From Girardia tigrina (lineage: Eukaryota), in NCBI GenBank assembly GCA_001938485.1, contig MQRK01223189.1:1-55677 (forward strand): a DNA stretch of 55,677 nucleotides, read 5' to 3'. Of the stretch, positions 1-13,300 are shown piece by piece. The position numbers and the translations under genes are program-made. The notes beneath the pieces are model-generated. The model ran no database searches and had not been told where the DNA came from. It saw only the letters and a program-made list of their open reading frames with translations. Numbering within the stretch: position 1 is the first letter of the stretch; every line of letters begins with the position of its first letter.

Positions 1-865
1 AAGGGAAAAAATCTCAAGTTTGAACTCAGAGACACTATTACAAAACGCTTTATTTAAATGTATTTAAATCTTAAATATAAATATAAACTTCACTAACAGA
101 AATATATTTATAAATTACAAAAATATAAAAGAATTGAAATCTGTCCCATAATAACTTCCTAAATCGAAATTCATCTCAAATCTGTTTGAATAATCATAAA
201 CATTTATTCCATAGAGAATACGTTCTGTTAATATTTGAATTAATTGTATTATTTAAGTAATTTAATGTAATATAATTATTAATTTCTTTTATTCAAGTTC
301 TCTAATTCAATATAAATTAAATTTTCGTAAAAATAAAATATATTTTATTTATAAATTTAACAATGAATCTTTTAATTCTGAAAAATTGATGAAATATTTT
401 AATATGTTTATTTTATATTTTTTACTTTTTATATGGCGTATATTTCTGTTTATAAGATGACCATTTATCCCTAAGAAATTATCCCAAAAATGAGGGTTGT
501 CTAATCTAAAAGAAATTCTAATTGAACCTTTAATCCAGTGATCTTCACAAGAATAAAGGTTCAATTTTTGTTAATAAGACTGTTAACTATATAAATATTT
601 AAAGCCCTAAATATCACAATATCTTTTTAATATACCCAAATTTAAATTAATCTTTGTTTCTTTTATTTAACTAGTAATCATTTTGACAAGTTTTATTATT
701 TAATTAATCTTTTATTTATACTAAAATATTCTAATAATTTAGCTAGAAAACTATTTTTTTAAATTACTAAATTTTTAACTTCAAAAATTTAATTAACTTG
801 AACTACAATTTCGAAAACTCAACATTAATTCCGAATTTTAATACATTCAATGCCGTTTTTGTATA

Positions 866-1642
866 CAGTCTACTCTGGCTAATCCGAACATCCATAATAC
901 ATAGAAAAATGTTCGGATTAGCCGAAAATAACTTCGAATTAAAAAGGAAACTGTCAAATCCAAACAAACGAATACAATTCCAAAACAATTTTATCAAAAT
1001 AAGAATAGAATTGTATTTTTTACTTAAAATATTCAGTAATTAAAGCCTGTCGTTGATTCTGGAGAACGTTGTCAGATAATACATTTTAAACAAAGGTCAA
1101 ACTACTTTCACACTTTTGACGAAAAGATTCTCGTGACACCACGAGATATTGTAGTTGTTAAATGACTTTGATACCTTCATAAGTTTCAATGATTTGATGA
1201 CATCTACTGCCACATCGACATCATCGTCCATCTTACCGCAGTCGCCATTGTCATTTTTATCACCAATCACAGGCACTAAACACGTGTAAATTTAGTTTAA
1301 ATACCTAAAAAGAGAAAATTGACCTAATTGAATTAACAAAAGTTGCTACCCATACTAGAAAAGCATGTTTATAACCTAAATTTTAATTTTATTTATTTTA
1401 ATTAGAAATAGAAAATTGGCATTATTGATTTAAAAAGTACTTTAAAAGTATTGACTTAATTTACGCAATATATATTACGTAATAAAGTATTGTTCGGATT
1501 TGACGAATAAAAGTACTAAGTATCTATTTGTTCGTTCTCATAAAGTCGTTCGGTTTTTGTCAATTTTTCGGATTAGCCAGCGAAAATTATATTAGAAAAC
1601 GTAGAGGAAAATTTCCGTGTTCGGTTTAGCCGGCGTAGACTG
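866..1642. mobile_element. Non-autonomous pogo/Tigger-type DNA transposon (MITE-like)
   Basis: TIRs CAGTCTACTCTGGCTAATCCGAACA / TGTTCGGTTTAGCCGGCGTAGACTG, TA on both sides, subterminal TTCGGATTAGCC motifs. Confidence 0.8.
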
Positions 1643-2902
1643 TATTTAATTTAAAACCTTTTATTTAATATTTAATATGTTTAATTTTTAATTTTAATAT
1701 TTATTGAAAAATATTTAAAATATTTAATTTTAAATCTTTTTTTAATTAAATTATTTAAATTCCAAACAGCGAAATGAAAATTAATTCATTCCCCATAAAG
1801 ATGACCCGAATCTTGAGATATTTTTTAGGGATTAAGAATCGTCTTTTACACCGAAATATACGGTATTTTTAAAGTATATTATTGTTAATTATTCTTTTTT
1901 ATTTAGCATAAAAATGTCAATATAAATGTGTAAATTAAAATATACGATATGAAAAAATAAGTAAAGTATAAACAAATCATTACACCGATACTGAAAATAT
2001 TTTAATATTTTAATTTAATTTTGTTAGAACTTATAATTACGTGGGTAATCTGAAACAAGTCACATAAATATTGTGTTAAGATGGCAAAAATATTTGCTCG
2101 TTTTATGCCATTACTTTTATCTTATCTTTGAAAAAGATTAAAGATCCGATCATCACATAATTTGGCTAAAATTTTGGCAAAATGTTTCTCAATTTATTTA
2201 TTTGCATTTCTGATTTTTTATCTGCATTATATATATATTAACATTTTTGAACTATTTTTTTAATTCTTATTTATTACAAAATTTTAATGTGATTTATACT
2301 AAAGCAAAAAACACATGGATAATATTTAACAGCATCACCATTAATTTAATCTTTAATTGTTTTAATATTCAAGATTAAATCATTGCATTTATTGAAAATA
2401 AAATAATAATATGCAATAAAAACTTGTACTAGGTCGTTACATCAAACTCATATTTAAACTTTAAATTTTACATTTAATTTTTTCAAAAGTTATTTAATAA
2501 ATATTTTTTCCAAATCCTCTTATATTTTATGTTTTATTTGGTATACTTAATATGTTATTATTATTACTATTAAGAACACTGAGATAATTTTCATTAGAAT
2601 TTTTATTATTATCAGTGATAATTTATCACATTTAAAGTCATCACAACTTTCGGAAGTTCGTTCACCGTTTTAATTGGTTTTGTTATTTCTGTTTTTAATC
2701 ATGATTATTCGAACAATTTTTCTAAATCTTTTTAAAATATTTAATTTCTAAAAATAATAATTAAATATAATAATTTCATTCATTTCTTTGTAAAAACTCA
2801 AAATAATAAAAAATTTATAAAATTGTTAAAAATGAATTTAATTTACATCTAATTAAATGCTTTTCTTTTTATTTTGAAAAAATATTAAACTTAATTTTAA
2901 TT

Positions 2903-4604
2903 AAAATTCGAAAGCCAATTGAAAATATTTATTAATTTCGATGGTTTAACCGTCATCGTCAGAACAAATGATTTTTCAAACGAAATTCACTTATATAGTG
3001 CAGTTAATGATTATGTAATCAATACGTAATCAGTACATCATTTAAAAAATCTCAACAAAGTTGTAGAGAATGCAGTTTGAACGTTAATTTTAGGATCCAA
3101 AGATCTTATATATAACGATTCACATGTCACTCTCTCCCAATAATTTTTAAATTGAGTGCACAGAATTTTAAAGTGTTGTGAAGTTATATCTCCTTTACAA
3201 TGTCTTCTATGTCCTGCAATGTTACTTCCACCTTCATTGCAACTGTGTTCCTGGATTCTCTTACAGAGATGACATGAAGTCTCTCCAATGTGTGTGGCGT
3301 TACACCCATTACATGTATATTGGTAAATGAGATCCGAACAAAATCCAAATGGCGTTGGAGATTTATTGCCAAACATGCTTTCAATTTTCTGGGTCCAGGA
3401 CATTACTTTTAAACTTATTGCATTATCTAACGCTTTCAAAATATAATTTTTAAATATTTTAAACCCCTCTGAATATGGCACAGTTAACACATAACCAATT
3501 CCCAAACTTTTATCATTAGTGGTGCAAGATTGCTCTTGATCTTGAACATCTAAAATTTTAGTATTACTTTTTTTGCAATTAATTTATCAATAGTTTCCTT
3601 TGTTAATTTCTCCACTATCGATTTTGAATATCCGTTATCATATAATAATTTGTTTAATTTATTTAGGCTGTCAATACATCCTTTATATGTAGATGAAAGA
3701 GCCCACGAGCGAAAAATAAGACCTTTAATCATATTTCGACGATATTTTGATTCACAGAAACTGATCGGTGTTGTATACAACCCAGTGTCAGTTTTCTTTC
3801 TGTAAATCTCCGTCTCATAACGTCCGTTTTTTCTCTCAAGAAAGGACAATTTCTTATCTTGTTCTTTCTCCATAGTAAACTTTACATTTGAATGCAAAAA
3901 ATTCATATAATTTAAAAATGGAGAAATATCTGTTTCATTTTGAAAAATCAAAAAAATATCATCAATATAGCGTTTATATGCTAGAGGTTTCCAACCGACA
4001 AAAGAATCGATTTTATCTTCAATACTCGAAAGAAATATTGAAGCCAAAGTGGGGGCTAATGGTGAACCCATAGCTACTCCATCAACTTGTTTGTACCAGT
4101 CATTATTGAACAAAAAATGCACATCTGACGTGGCAAAACTTAACAATTCACGAAATGCAACTTCAACAAGTATACTATGATTAGTAGTATTACTTCTCCA
4201 AAGATTGCAACACAAATCAATAGTCTCTTTTAATGGAACGTTTGTAAATAAACTGACAACATCAAAAGATGCCATAATTTCATCATTATTTTTAATATCA
4301 AATTTTGAAATAAAATCCACAAATTCAAAACTATCAAACTAGCTTTAATTTCTTCGCGACATCTTTATTTATGTGATTATTATTAGTCAATTTTAATAAT
4401 AGGGAACTCAAATATTCGTCATCTTTCAATGGGGGAAATTTTCCGTTTTATCTAAATTTTTCGATTTTCTTAAATTGAGAACACTTTAGTATTTAATTCA
4501 TTTTCTTATTATAATCAAAATCATTCAATATTACTAACCCATTTCCCTTGTCAAATTTACAAATATTTACTTTTTTTAATAAGATTTTTTAATATTAAAA
4601 ATTC
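2903..4604 (-). mobile_element. 5'-truncated Penelope-like retroelement (RT + GIY-YIG endonuclease), disrupted
   Basis: FDKGNG, SFDVVSLFT, GVAMGSPLAP and YIDD in 3550-4560; IYQYTCNGCNATHIGET...RIQEH (GIY-YIG with CCHH) in 3038-3505; apparent TSD TTTAATT at 2896-2902 and 4605-4611. Confidence 0.93.
2927..2965 (-). ncRNA. Minimal type I hammerhead ribozyme in the Penelope 3' region
   Basis: GUU-CUGACGA-U-GACGG(UUAAA)CCAUC-GAAA-UUAAUA-AAU; one stem II mismatch; palindromic stem III AUUAAU. Confidence 0.7.
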
Positions 4605-6439
4605 TTTAATTGTTCATTTTAAAAATATAAACTTATCACATTATTATTGTAATTATGTTCGAATAGTCAATCACTGTAAATTTAAAAAATACCAATTTCC
4701 ATCTGGGTGGGAGAATCACCATTCTAAGTTCAACATACTCAAATCAACATACAGCATCAATACATTCACACATTCAAACAATTTAATATATTCCTCACAA
4801 TTACAAATGGGAAATAAAATGAAAAAAAATAAAATAATAACAAGAAATTTTTGCTAATAGTATTTATTACTTAGGACCAAGATGGTTGAGCCATTGCACA
4901 CAAAAATATCAGGCAAATTAATTGTTGATTACTTCCAGTAGTACCTTGAAGAATCATTGATGTCTACATTGGAATCTTCTCTTTGATTCCATCGAAAAAT
5001 GTCCTCATTGAAAGGTGGTAGCATAGTAAAAGAGATTGGAGACTTATATGCAATCCTTCACATATGTTTGTAGTATTAACTATTTGTTCCATTGCCGAAT
5101 TCTGTTTGTTCTACAATGTTGTAGGGTATAAAGCAGGTTTGTGATTATATCCACGTCCCGTAGGTCACCGATCACTAATTTATGTGTGCTCAAAGTGGAT
5201 TTTCAGTTCACCCAAACCTGTATAATATGGCATAGAAGAGACCAATCCACCAAAGGCTTCTAAAACTTCAGAAACCAGGAACATGTGCTAAAAATTTGTA
5301 TGTGTAGAATAAGTGCTTCATATTTCATGATTCGTGTCACAAATACGACCAAGAGCAAGTTCCTGTGTTTCCCGGATGCATCTATAGCAAAAATTTCAAG
5401 GCATTTGTTAGAATAATATTAGGGTTGGCGTCAGGTGTTTAACTCCTTAATAAAATTATGTATAGCTCGGTCAATATTTTGTTTTATTTGGTAATAAGCA
5501 AATGATACTAATACTATTTGCTAATTCATAGTTAATGGTATATATCTAAAAGAATGGGCTAGAGAATTACTTAAACCTCCCATCTGCTAACCAACCTAGC
5601 ATTACTCTTAAACCATCCATGAGATTTCTTTCACTTAGTATCGTAATACGTCTCTCCTTATCAGCATCTAAATCACGTATAACTAATTCCTTGTATCTAT
5701 TGGGAACATCTGAATCGATTCCTCTTGAGAGCGGTAGGAGAGAAGGTGGTGTAGTGTTGTCTTTTTTATACAATTAATTCTGTTAAAGTTTAAATATAAA
5801 ATACGTAGAAAAGCTGGGAAATGTTATTAATTAATGATTTTTGAGTTTTTCTAAAAAAGATTAACTTTTTCGTTCTCTCAATCAAAGCCAGAAAAAAACC
5901 TTTTCATAAGCTTTAACCTGACGAAAAACATTTCTCAATGTAATTGAGGTGTGAGGAATACAGAATTTTTAGATCATTAAAGATTTCTTTGAATTAAATT
6001 ACTTCACCAACAATTTACTATAAATAATAAGGCGAAATCCTATTTTTATTGAATGATAAATACACCTTAACAAATACTTTAAGGGCTTTTAACAATGGAT
6101 TTTAAATAGTAGATAGTATATTTCTTTTTATGTTCTGGTTGCCTTTCATATGAAACCACAACGATTTTTTACTGGGATAAATAAGTTGCCATAAATACGC
6201 AATATCAAAGAGAGACGATTATTTATTGTTTACTAAGGCAAATTGGAATATCGTAATCTCCAGTTTCATCTCTTCTCCGCTATTCCAACAAATATTAACA
6301 AAACACATGTGTAATTATGCTATTCAATAACAACCGACAGTCCTATTACTATTACTATCAGTGTATTACAAAAAATTAACAAAATTTTTAATAAAATAAT
6401 GTCCAAAACATTTGAATTAAGACATTAGAAATGGCCTAT

Positions 6440-6645
6440 GGGGCTGTCCATAAATGACGTCACGCGATTTTAGTACATCTTCAACCTCCCGCCCCTCGTC
6501 ACACTTCGTTTAAGTTTCTTCTTTCACTAAATACTTCAGCATTTCGATTTGACGTCACATTTCCCAAACTCCCTCTCCACACACGTCACATTTCGTCACA
6601 AAATTCTGCTCCCCCTTTCTTGCGTGACGTCATTTATGTATATCT
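6440..6645. mobile_element. PIF/Harbinger-like MITE, right end eroded
   Basis: GGGGCTGTCCATAAATGACGTCACGC ... GCGTGACGTCATTTATG (17-bp inverted match); internal GTCACA repeats. Confidence 0.65.
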
Positions 6646-7361
6646 AATAAACTTAAATTTATAGTTATTCTTAGAGAACCCGGATCAAGTTTACTTACAT
6701 TTCATGGAAAAGTATTAAAAATAGAAATGTTTTTAAATATTTGACTAGAAGAACAATTAAATTTATCAATCTTGAAAATCATTTTAACTGTCCTATTTCT
6801 GATGATTCTTGAACTACGAAAATACATTTTAATTCAATTTATTACATTTTATATTTTTTTCTTAAATTTTAAGTGAAAGATTCGATTTCCTCAAAAAAGA
6901 ATCAAATTTTTAAGAGGAAATAAACAATTCCCTTTGATATTATTTTTTTTAATTTTTTAATCTTTTTTTTGTGTTTTCTTTGAAAATATTTTTTTAAATT
7001 AAAACATCTAAAAATTAAACAAAAAAGCAATGAAAACATTATAAAATTGAAAAAAAATCTTTCCTTTGAAATGATTCGAACGCTCAATTATAATCTTCAC
7101 ATGAGAAAAATTATTCGTGAGAACACTAAAACATACACCTCTCGTCCATTGTAAAATGTATGGAGAATTGAAAATTGAAATTTGGATAACTAATTTATAG
7201 AAATTTTAATTAAAAAAATATTTTCAAAAAAGCAATCAAAAATTAAAAAAATTCTGTTGCCCAAGTAGAGTTCTGTCCGCAAAAAATATAGATATGAAAA
7301 AATATGTTTTTGATTTATTAGTGTGAAAATATTTTTGCGAATTTCTTTATATATATATATA

Positions 7362-8387
7362 AATTAGTGTCACCAACCCATATAGTATCACAACCCAAAT
7401 AATATCACCAATTTAAAAAATTTTTAGTGATACTATTTAATTTGTACCACGACCCTATCAGTATCACTATTTAAGTTTTTAAAAATCACTGGAAAAAAAT
7501 CATTAATTTTTAAAATCATTTAATTAAATTGAGAGTAACAGCATTGATTTCTATTTGGGCAGATGGTAGGAAGGTAATGCCTTTGGTAATCCATAAAGGA
7601 AAGGATGGAAGTCCTATTTGTACACAAAATCGTATCTTGCATACTACTCAATCAAAATCCTGGGTTAACCAAGAATTAATTATAAAGTGGATCGACCATA
7701 TGTTTCCTTTGATTGATTTAAGCAACGGTAAGTGTATTATTTGGGATTCGTGTCGAGCTCATTTAGGCCTACAAGTAAAAAAAAACATTGTATTAAGAGA
7801 AATTTTGAAATGATCGTGATCCCAGGGGGATCGACACCTTATCTACTGGCAGGAGATATAGGAATTTTTCGTTCCTTGAAAGATATGATATATTTTCGTA
7901 TTAATGAATGGAAGAACTCTGATGCTGTTGTTTATTCCAAAAATTGTAATCCAAAACTACCATCGAAGGAATTGGTTAATTCATGGGTCGGAGAATCTTT
8001 GAATGAATTGAAAACCGAAACTTAATAATATCATCAGGATATAGTTTGAACCCTGGCGATTGGCATATAGCAAAGCCTGATGTGTATGGTAGAAAGTTTT
8101 GCGAGGCTTGGGCTATTTCAAACCAGATTGAACAATTTCCCTACGAGTCTATTTCCGGGGAAGATATAGATGATCAGGATGTAGACTGTTTAGATGATAA
8201 TGATGATGTCGAATGTTTGAATGTCGTTAATGAATAAAGTATTATTGACAATTGTTTTCTTTTTTTATTCATATTTTGATATTTTTGTTAATGGGAATTG
8301 AAAGCACCAAATAGTATCACCAACTTAAAAAAATTTTAGTGATACTATTTAAATAGTATCAGTGATACTATCTCGCGATATCCGTTA
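7362..8387 (+). mobile_element. Internally deleted pogo-family (DDE_1) transposon, copy 1
   Basis: RVTALISIWADGRK, IIWDSCRAH, IPGGSTPYL...DIGIF; repeated AGTATCAC subterminal motifs at both ends; frameshift in the A-run near 7790. Confidence 0.8.
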
Positions 8388-8624
8388 TATACGTATATAT
8401 TATTTTTTTGACATTTCGTTCATTACTCTAATTTGTTACTCGTTCGAAGGCAATTAAGGAACAACGGTCTGTTATTAATTTTTTACGTAAAAAGAGACAC
8501 AAACGTCACTTAAACGGGTAAAATGACGCAAAACACATATACTATTGAGTGTTTATAATGATCAACGACTTTTTNNNNNNNNNNNNNNNNNNNNNNNNNN
8601 NNNNNNNNNNNNNNNNNNNNNNNN

Positions 8625-9516
8625 AAAAATCATTAATTTTTAAAATCATTTAATTAAATTGAGAGTAACAGCATTGATTTCTATTTGGGCAGATGGTAGG
8701 AAGGTAATGCCTTTGGTAATCCATAAAGGAAAGGATGGAAGTCATATTTGTACACAAAATCGTATCTTGCATACTACTCAATCAAAATCCTGGGTTAACC
8801 AAGAATTAATTATAAAGTGGATCGACCATATGTTTCTTTTGATTGATTTAAGCAACGGTAAGTGTATTATTTGGGATTCGTGTCGAGCTCATTTAGGCCT
8901 ACAAGTAAAAAAACATTGTATTAAGAGAAATTTTGAAATGATCGTGATCCCAGGGGGATTGACACCTTATCTACTGACAGGAGATATAGGAATTTTTCGT
9001 TCCTTGAAAGATTTGATATATTTTCGTATTAATGAATGGAAGAACTCTGATGCTGTTGTTTATTCCAAAAATTGTAATCCAAAACCACCATCGAAGGAAT
9101 TGGTTAATTCATGGGTCGGAGAATCTTTGAATGAATTGAAAACCGAAACTTAATAATATCATCAGGATATAGTTCGAACCCTGACGATTGGCATATAGCA
9201 AAGCATGATGTGTATGGTGGAAAGTTTTGCGAGGCTTGGGCTATTTCAAACCAGATTGAACAATTTCCCTACGAGTCTATTTTCGGGGGAAGATGTAGAT
9301 GATCTGGATATAGACTGTTTAGATGATAATGATGATGTCGAATGTTTGAATGTCGTTAATGAATAAAATATTATTGACAATTGTTTTCTTTTTTTATTGA
9401 TATTTTGATATTTTTATTAATGGGAATTGAAAGCACCAAATAGTATCACCAACTTAAAAAAATTTTAGTGATACTATTTAAATAGTATCAGTGATACTAT
9501 CTCGCGATATCCCTTA
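8625..9516 (+). mobile_element. pogo-family (DDE_1) transposon fragment, copy 2 (near-identical duplicate across a 50-N gap)
   Basis: ORF 8659..9153; 8625-9703 repeats 7495-8574. Confidence 0.8.
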
Positions 9517-9529
9517 TATACGTATATAT

Positions 9530-10040
9530 TATTTTTTTGACATTTCGTTCATTACTCTAATTTGTTACTCGTTCGAAGGCAATCAAGGAACAACGGTCTG
9601 TTATTAATTTTTTACGTAAAAAGAGACACAAACGTCACTTAAACGGGTAAAATGACGCAAAACACATATACTATTGAGTGTTTATAATGATCAACGACTT
9701 TTTAGGGATACAAACTACTTGTTGGACGTAAACAATCAGTGGAGGACAATGAATTACAGGGAAGGTCAAAAACCTTTGCAATGACTGAGTCGATTTAAAA
9801 AATCTTGGAATTCGAATTCAACGATTGCTAAGTGATACTAAAGATTATGGAAGACATAAAATATCAACAAAGAAACAGTTTGTGAAATTCAGGAAAAGGA
9901 TATTGACAAAACGAAGGTCTGAGCTTCATTTGTTCTGTACGTACGAAAATTTCCATCAAAAATCAATCCAGTACTTTCTTAATTTATTTGAAAGGGATAC
10001 AAAAAGGTTTATTACTTGCAATGAAAAAGACATTTTGTAG
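9530..10040 (+). mobile_element. Highly decayed mariner 5' half
   Basis: Remnant peptides VEDNELQGRSKT (cf. D..RSGRP.T), KV*ASFV (cf. K..ARWVP), RFITCNEK (cf. ITGDE.W). Confidence 0.5.
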
Positions 10041-10175
10041 ATAAAAAATATTTCTCCATTAAAGTGGTAATTTTCGAATTTTAGTTCGCATTTAAATATT
10101 TTCGAAACATGGAATCCATTTAATAATCCTTTCTTTTCATATTGAAAATAAATAAATGAATATTAAACTATTTAC

Positions 10176-10373
10176 TCGAGTGGTAAGTTCCAATTTTGCT
10201 CCTGCTTCAATAAGAACTCGAGCGGCTTCAACATGATCTTCTTTAGCAGCTATATGCAAAGTTGAATAATTGTCTTTTGTTAGGTTGTTTGGATTCGCCT
10301 TATGTTCCAGCAAAATCTTGATGATGTCGATGTTGCCCAGCCTGGCTGCAATATGCAACGGAGTTTGTTGTTC
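10176..10373 (-). CDS. Ank: Ankyrin exon: [14 protein letters not shown]...GAKLELTTR (repeats 15-16)
   Basis: TAG acceptor, GTAA donor, 198 nt; overlaps ORF 10137..10358. Confidence 0.95.
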
Positions 10374-13300
10374 CTAAACATAATTTTCAATTAATTCAGT
10401 TAAAATCGGAATTTATTCATCAAAATTAATAACCTAAAAGAAATTTAATAATTTATTTTTATAATAAGAATTTCCGATTCCAATATTTATCATAATTCTG
10501 TCTTACAGACTAATCAACATTAGTAAACATTGAACATAAATTTCTAGCAAATTAAAAAATCAAATCCAATACTTTTTTTTAACTTTGAGTTCTCTTTCAA
10601 AGTCTCCTTTGTAAATATAGGTTCGTTTCTTAAATTAATTCAAAGTCATTCATTTTCCATCTAAGTTAGGGTTACCAGATGTCCTGGATCTGTCCAACAT
10701 CAGTATTTGTCTTGAATATTTACAGAATTTCGGGTTTTTGACCTGATATATCTTGACTCCATCGAAAAGACTTGAATACGAACTTATTCATAATATTTAT
10801 TGTCGAACGCTAAGTTCATCAACTAAGTGGAAACATTTATAAAACTAATTGTACTCACGGCTTCATACTTTGTGAGTGTAAAGTGAATTGCCGTCAATCG
10901 TACTTTGTCAAATCAATGTATTTTGTGATTAAGGTGGAACATTTGTTGTATTGTGAACATAACAGTAAATTTCAGGTTATTGCGTAGTGTATACAGTCTA
11001 GTCCGTTATAAAAGTAAGAAAAACGTTATAGGGAAAGGTACTACAGTTCACAACATGATTTACATCAACACTAAAGATTCCATTAACATATACAATAAGC
11101 CTTTAGGATAAATAACGATTGATTTATAAGAATCAATTAAGAGATTAGGGAGAAATGCCTTCTGATCATCCCATACATGATAAAAGAATTTGGTGTAAAT
11201 AAATACACTACTTATTCTACAGTACAATTCTGATTCCGAAAAACCTTAAATAAATATTATTTAACATCCATAGGATATGTAACTACTTGCGATAATGTAA
11301 ATGAACGTGGCAAAACTTCAGTAGATGATATGTAGCTGTACCGATATGATACAAAATTACCCAAACCATATTCTACAATGGCAGCTCTTATAAAGCGGAA
11401 TGCTGCTTTGCTCATTGTGCAAAAAAACAATAATTAAGTGACAAACTTTATCTCCCTGAAAGGAGCCGCTGAAAATCTCGTCGCGTCAGTTCGACATAAA
11501 ATCGAGACACAACCATGTTTTATGAATTTTAAAATGTAACAACACTCCGATTATATGTAAGGGTTAACCAGATAACTGAGGTTATCGAGATCATGAAATG
11601 ATGTTACCAGAAAAACAATAGATAAACCTTCAGAGAAATATTGATATTCTTTTACCTGAAATTAAGAAAACATTTTGTATTAAACGCGATTAATTTAATT
11701 ATTATATTATAAATCTAAATTCCCTTGTAATAAATGTCTAAAGCTGTGGTTCTTAACGGGGTGCAGATGGGAGATGGAAATTAAATTCGAAGGAGTGAAA
11801 ATAAGTTAACTGGAGAATTAGGAGTGAATGCGGAATTATGGGGAGAATTGTAATTCTTATGCTTTATAAGACAGCATTTCATTATCATTGCATATTGTAG
11901 GTTGTTTTCCTGTAATTTCAATGCACTGTTTGCAATAAATATATTCTGTATTTTGGATCAATGTTAATTCCTTTATCAAAAAAAGAAACATATTTTTAAT
12001 CGGGGTGTCAGAACACATTTTCATATTGAAGGGAGTGTGGATCATTATAAAGGTTAAGAACCACTGGTCTAAAGGAATCTGCACTAAATCACCACATCAT
12101 TACATAGTAGTTTTCAATGACGAATTAAGAAGTATTTTACAGATTATATTATTTTTTTAACCCTCATCCATCCCTCAAATCGACTGTACACTAAAAAGAC
12201 TGTACACTTCGGGTCGAAAAAGACCCGAGGGACGGATGAAGGTTAATGCAAAATTTTATTAGTGTGTAAAATTCAAATTATACCAATAGAGAAAATAAAT
12301 TATTTTCAAATTCAAAATTCCTTAAATAAAAAACGTAAAATAAATTTTAAAAATTAATACATAAGTACCGATTATTTAAATTTGTACAAAAAATTTTATT
12401 GAAAAATATAATTATAATATATAATTATAATATTTTCCTACAAATGAGATATTTAAATATTTTTAAAGTAGCAATTATATACTTAAATGCTTCCGGCATT
12501 TAATCAGAAGATACGTAAATATTTTTTACTAGCGTATAATAATAATAATAATAATAATAATTATTATTATAATTATAATTATTATTATTATTAAAATAGA
12601 TTCTGTTTTTATGTGGCAAATACGTTTCGCAAGAACAAGCATAAAAAAACCGCATAAAAAGGTACTAATTCTATAGTAAAACTATATATATATGCGTTCT
12701 AAAATTTCTAAGAACCGCATAAATATGATATAATGCAATAAAATCACAAAAATGGTAATAATTCCATAGTAAAACTATGTTAACGTTTTATAAGGTAATA
12801 AAATAATTTAATAAAATAAAATTTAAAATAATTCAATGAAATCACAAAAATAAAAATGTTTATTTTGAAAATTATATCTTTATTTACGAAACATCAGAAT
12901 CGAAAATTATATTTGCATCGTCAGAAAATACTTGTATGTTGCTCATTTTCTTAGGATTCGGTATACAATCACTTTTGTCACTTGAATGTACACATCTGAC
13001 GTATAGGTGATGCAAATAGTTCTATATTTGCAGGGTTAGCATTTCTGATGTAATCTGTGATGAGATTTTGCTTATACCATTTTTGTTTATACAATTCTGA
13101 AAATATTTTTTTATACACGCATTATCTAATAGATTTTAGGATGATTAGAAATCGGTTGATAAAATATTCTATTATATTATATTATCCGGGATGTGAAACT
13201 GGTTGTTACAAATTATTACATCTTAAAACCACCAAGACCCGTAGCTAACATGGAGCCTGTCACCCTCAGATAATAGTTTGACTCCCTCAAATAAGTTTTA

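Larger units (their letters stand above)
2568..4799 (-). mobile_element. Solo Gypsy LTR (family A, TGTGAGG...GTTCTTAATA) interrupted by a Penelope element
   Basis: 2568-2902 plus 4605-4799 align with the LTR at 46943-47415; 5-bp TSD ATTAC at 2563-2567 and 4800-4804. Confidence 0.85.

Noticed and set aside
7365-7470. Short repeated motifs (AGTATCAC; also GGAAATTTATAC at 29437) resembling a CRISPR-like array
   Set aside because: Eukaryotic context, no regular unique spacers; explained as transposon subterminal repeats.
7495-9703. 1.08-kb tandem duplication of the pogo fragment and its flank
   Set aside because: The copies meet exactly at a 50-N gap and differ only by scattered SNPs and homopolymer lengths; most likely two haplotypes or overlapping contig ends rather than a real duplication.
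1-10175. Search for the next ankyrin exon (KGFTPLH-like, repeat 17)
   Set aside because: None found by eye; the region is treated as intron and the gene as continuing outside the window.
10667-10745. Isolated hAT-like terminus TAGGGTTACCAGATGTCC (and a mariner-like TIR at ~54826)
   Set aside because: No partner TIR or TSD found; too little to delimit an element.
12536-12593. (AAT)n/(ATT)n palindrome
   Set aside because: Low-complexity microsatellite, expected at this AT content.
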